Program-made: the position numbers and the translations under genes
From: Lama glama
Lineage: Eukaryota
Assembly (NCBI GenBank): GCA_028534125.1
Contig: CM052816.1
Span: 79,238,001 to 79,302,000, forward strand
DNA: 64,000 nt
Direction: 5' to 3'
Notes under the pieces: generated by a model
Database searches by the model: none
What the model was told of the DNA's origin: nothing
The model's input: the letters and a program-made list of their open reading frames with translations, nothing else
Shown: piece after piece, positions 62,143 through 64,000 of the stretch
How the letters are laid out: each line of letters opens with the position of its first letter
How positions within the stretch are numbered: position 1 is the stretch's first letter

Positions 62143-64000
62143 GAGCCTCTTCTCCATTTTAAACAATTGAAATGCTACTGGCAGAAATGTGAAACTAGCC
62201 TTTTTGCCTGCGCCGAGGAAGTTCAGAGATCATCACGCTGGCTACCCGTCAATAATTTCCCAGGGTGATAGAACATTTAGTACGGTAAAATGAACATAGT
62301 TGAGATGCAAAACATCTTGCTGAGTGAGTGAAGGATGAATGAACTTCTGCTCCGAGTGCAGCATGGGTGCTACGTGGACAAGGTAATGGCAGAACCTGAG
62401 GGTGAGCACATGACTAACTGAGCTGGCTCAGCAGGTGATAACAAAATTAAATAGAGAAGGAACCTGGTCTCTGCACTGTTTCTATAACTAGAGAGGACCC
62501 AACTTCTCAAAGACTCGAGATAATCATCATGGGATAAATGGATTTTTAATTTTAGCCAAAAGATAACAATGTAAACGTTCGAAAGATTAGAGTGAAGAAT
62601 CCTTAACTTATTAACATCAGAGGATGCTTTGTAAATATTTGCTGTTTTTGCTCTCTAGGGGGTTGGGGCAGAATAGACTTAGTGGCTCAGTGGAAGCGGT
62701 GGGGGGTGGGGAGGCAGGCCACAATGAGGACCACAGGAGCCAGCTCAGCATCCTGGTGGGACTGCAGGGTGTGCATGAGAGGGGGCTCTCTCCAAAAGAC
62801 AGCTCTGAAAGATCACAACTGTGAATGTGGGTGTATGAGCAAAGCCAGGGATGCCAGTTTGGAGAAAAGCCAGGGCTTCTGAATGAGCAGTTATTAGCGG
62901 TATCAAAACTCGGTGTGAGTCACATTATCATCTCAGCAGCGAGGCAGGCTGCAGCGCTAGCAAACCCCTTGTCACACTTGGCTAACTCTCAGAGGCAGCT
63001 CTCAAGGACTCCCAGCAAAAGTGCCCCAGGATGGTGCCTGACCACGCGGCCCCATCATTCAGCCCGTTCAGTCCCACATCGCAGAGGGCAGAGCAGAAAG
63101 GCAGTCCTTGGCACTAACAGGAACAAAGCATCAAAGAGCAGAACTGAATGAAAATGTGTAGTTTTCGAATCCCAAGGCCTCAAACCATCTCTGCCAATAT
63201 GCTTTACCAAGAGCCTTAAACTGTGGGAGAGTCAAGCTCACAATTTACTAAATTCCAATATCATAACCCCCACAGCCCACAGGCCAGAATGAACCATTTT
63301 CTCAAATGTCAACTTATCGGAAACTTCACGAGGACTAGGGCGTGCTCATGAGTGCTTTGTTCTCGAGTTTCTTTTAAATGACCTGAGAAGCCGTGCATTT
63401 AAACAGGAGGTCTGTGCCACATTGACAAAACAGCGTGTGTAGCAGATATAGAGTAAGGAAGAATCAAATATCGGGGGAGATTTCCAGTTGTTTATTTGGA
63501 AAGCAGAAGCCAAGACCCCATTCAATGTCTTGGGGTGAATACTGATCTGTTGGAGACATTATTTCTGAGCAGGCTCATTGTGGCTTCTTGGGATAAAGTT
63601 GCCCAGGAAACTAGAACATGGTTGGAAAGGCTACCGAAACAGGGCATCTTTGGAGGCAGGGGGGTGAGGACCAAGAGTGGGCAAGAATGAGGGAAGTGGG
63701 TGGATACTGCACTTTCAAAGCTCCTAGGGTTCACTCCAAGCCAGAAGCAGCCCTATGTGTGGGGCATGTGACAGACCTCGACTCCATCCCTTGCCCCTCA
63801 CCTCGGTTCCATCTCTGCTGTGCACTGGCAATGGGACGGTTCTTGTGCAGTATCCTTGGGCTGTAAAGGGCTCTTGAGAGAAGAACTCCAGAGGGCTGCT
63901 TCCTGGGTGAGGCACTAGCTCATGGTGAGTGATCTGACCGGGTCAGGGACGGAAGGGATGCAGTGCCTTCTTGTGCTAGCTGGCCTGGCTGCTACCCACT

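Noticed and set aside
1..64000. A novel multi-gene, defence-like or CRISPR-like system
   Set aside because: All convincing coding sequence is accounted for by IL7R, SPEF2 and decayed retroelements; the gene order is the known conserved one.

Overview
Mammalian genomic DNA, most likely camelid (four Vic-1-type tRNA-derived SINEs and young cetartiodactyl-type L1 3' ends). It is not prokaryotic, so almost all entries in the six-frame ORF track are spurious or are pieces of exons or retroelements. Two spliced genes lie in tandem on the minus strand. IL7R: exons 1-5 (ATG at 21807; exons of 82, 139, 158, 158 and 169 bp with GT-AG boundaries; signal peptide through the WSEWS motif); exons 6-8 lie off the left edge. 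SPEF2: the last three coding exons (stop at 54006-54008). The ~32 kb between them is non-coding and holds the IL7R promoter, a probable orthologue of the glucocorticoid/NF-kB/Foxo enhancer ~2 kb upstream, other motif clusters and many transposon remnants. I found no convincing new biological system. The best leads are: (1) a well-formed 3' splice site 1 nt before the IL7R ATG, paired with strong upstream donors and a motif-dense candidate alternative promoter ~3.5 kb upstream; (2) a probable short L1 3' transduction; (3) an ERV1 solo LTR with a GAS motif upstream of IL7R; (4) a possible intron-5 polyadenylation route to soluble IL-7Ralpha. Gene and repeat identities are from recalled sequence knowledge, not database searches, and repeat boundaries are approximate.
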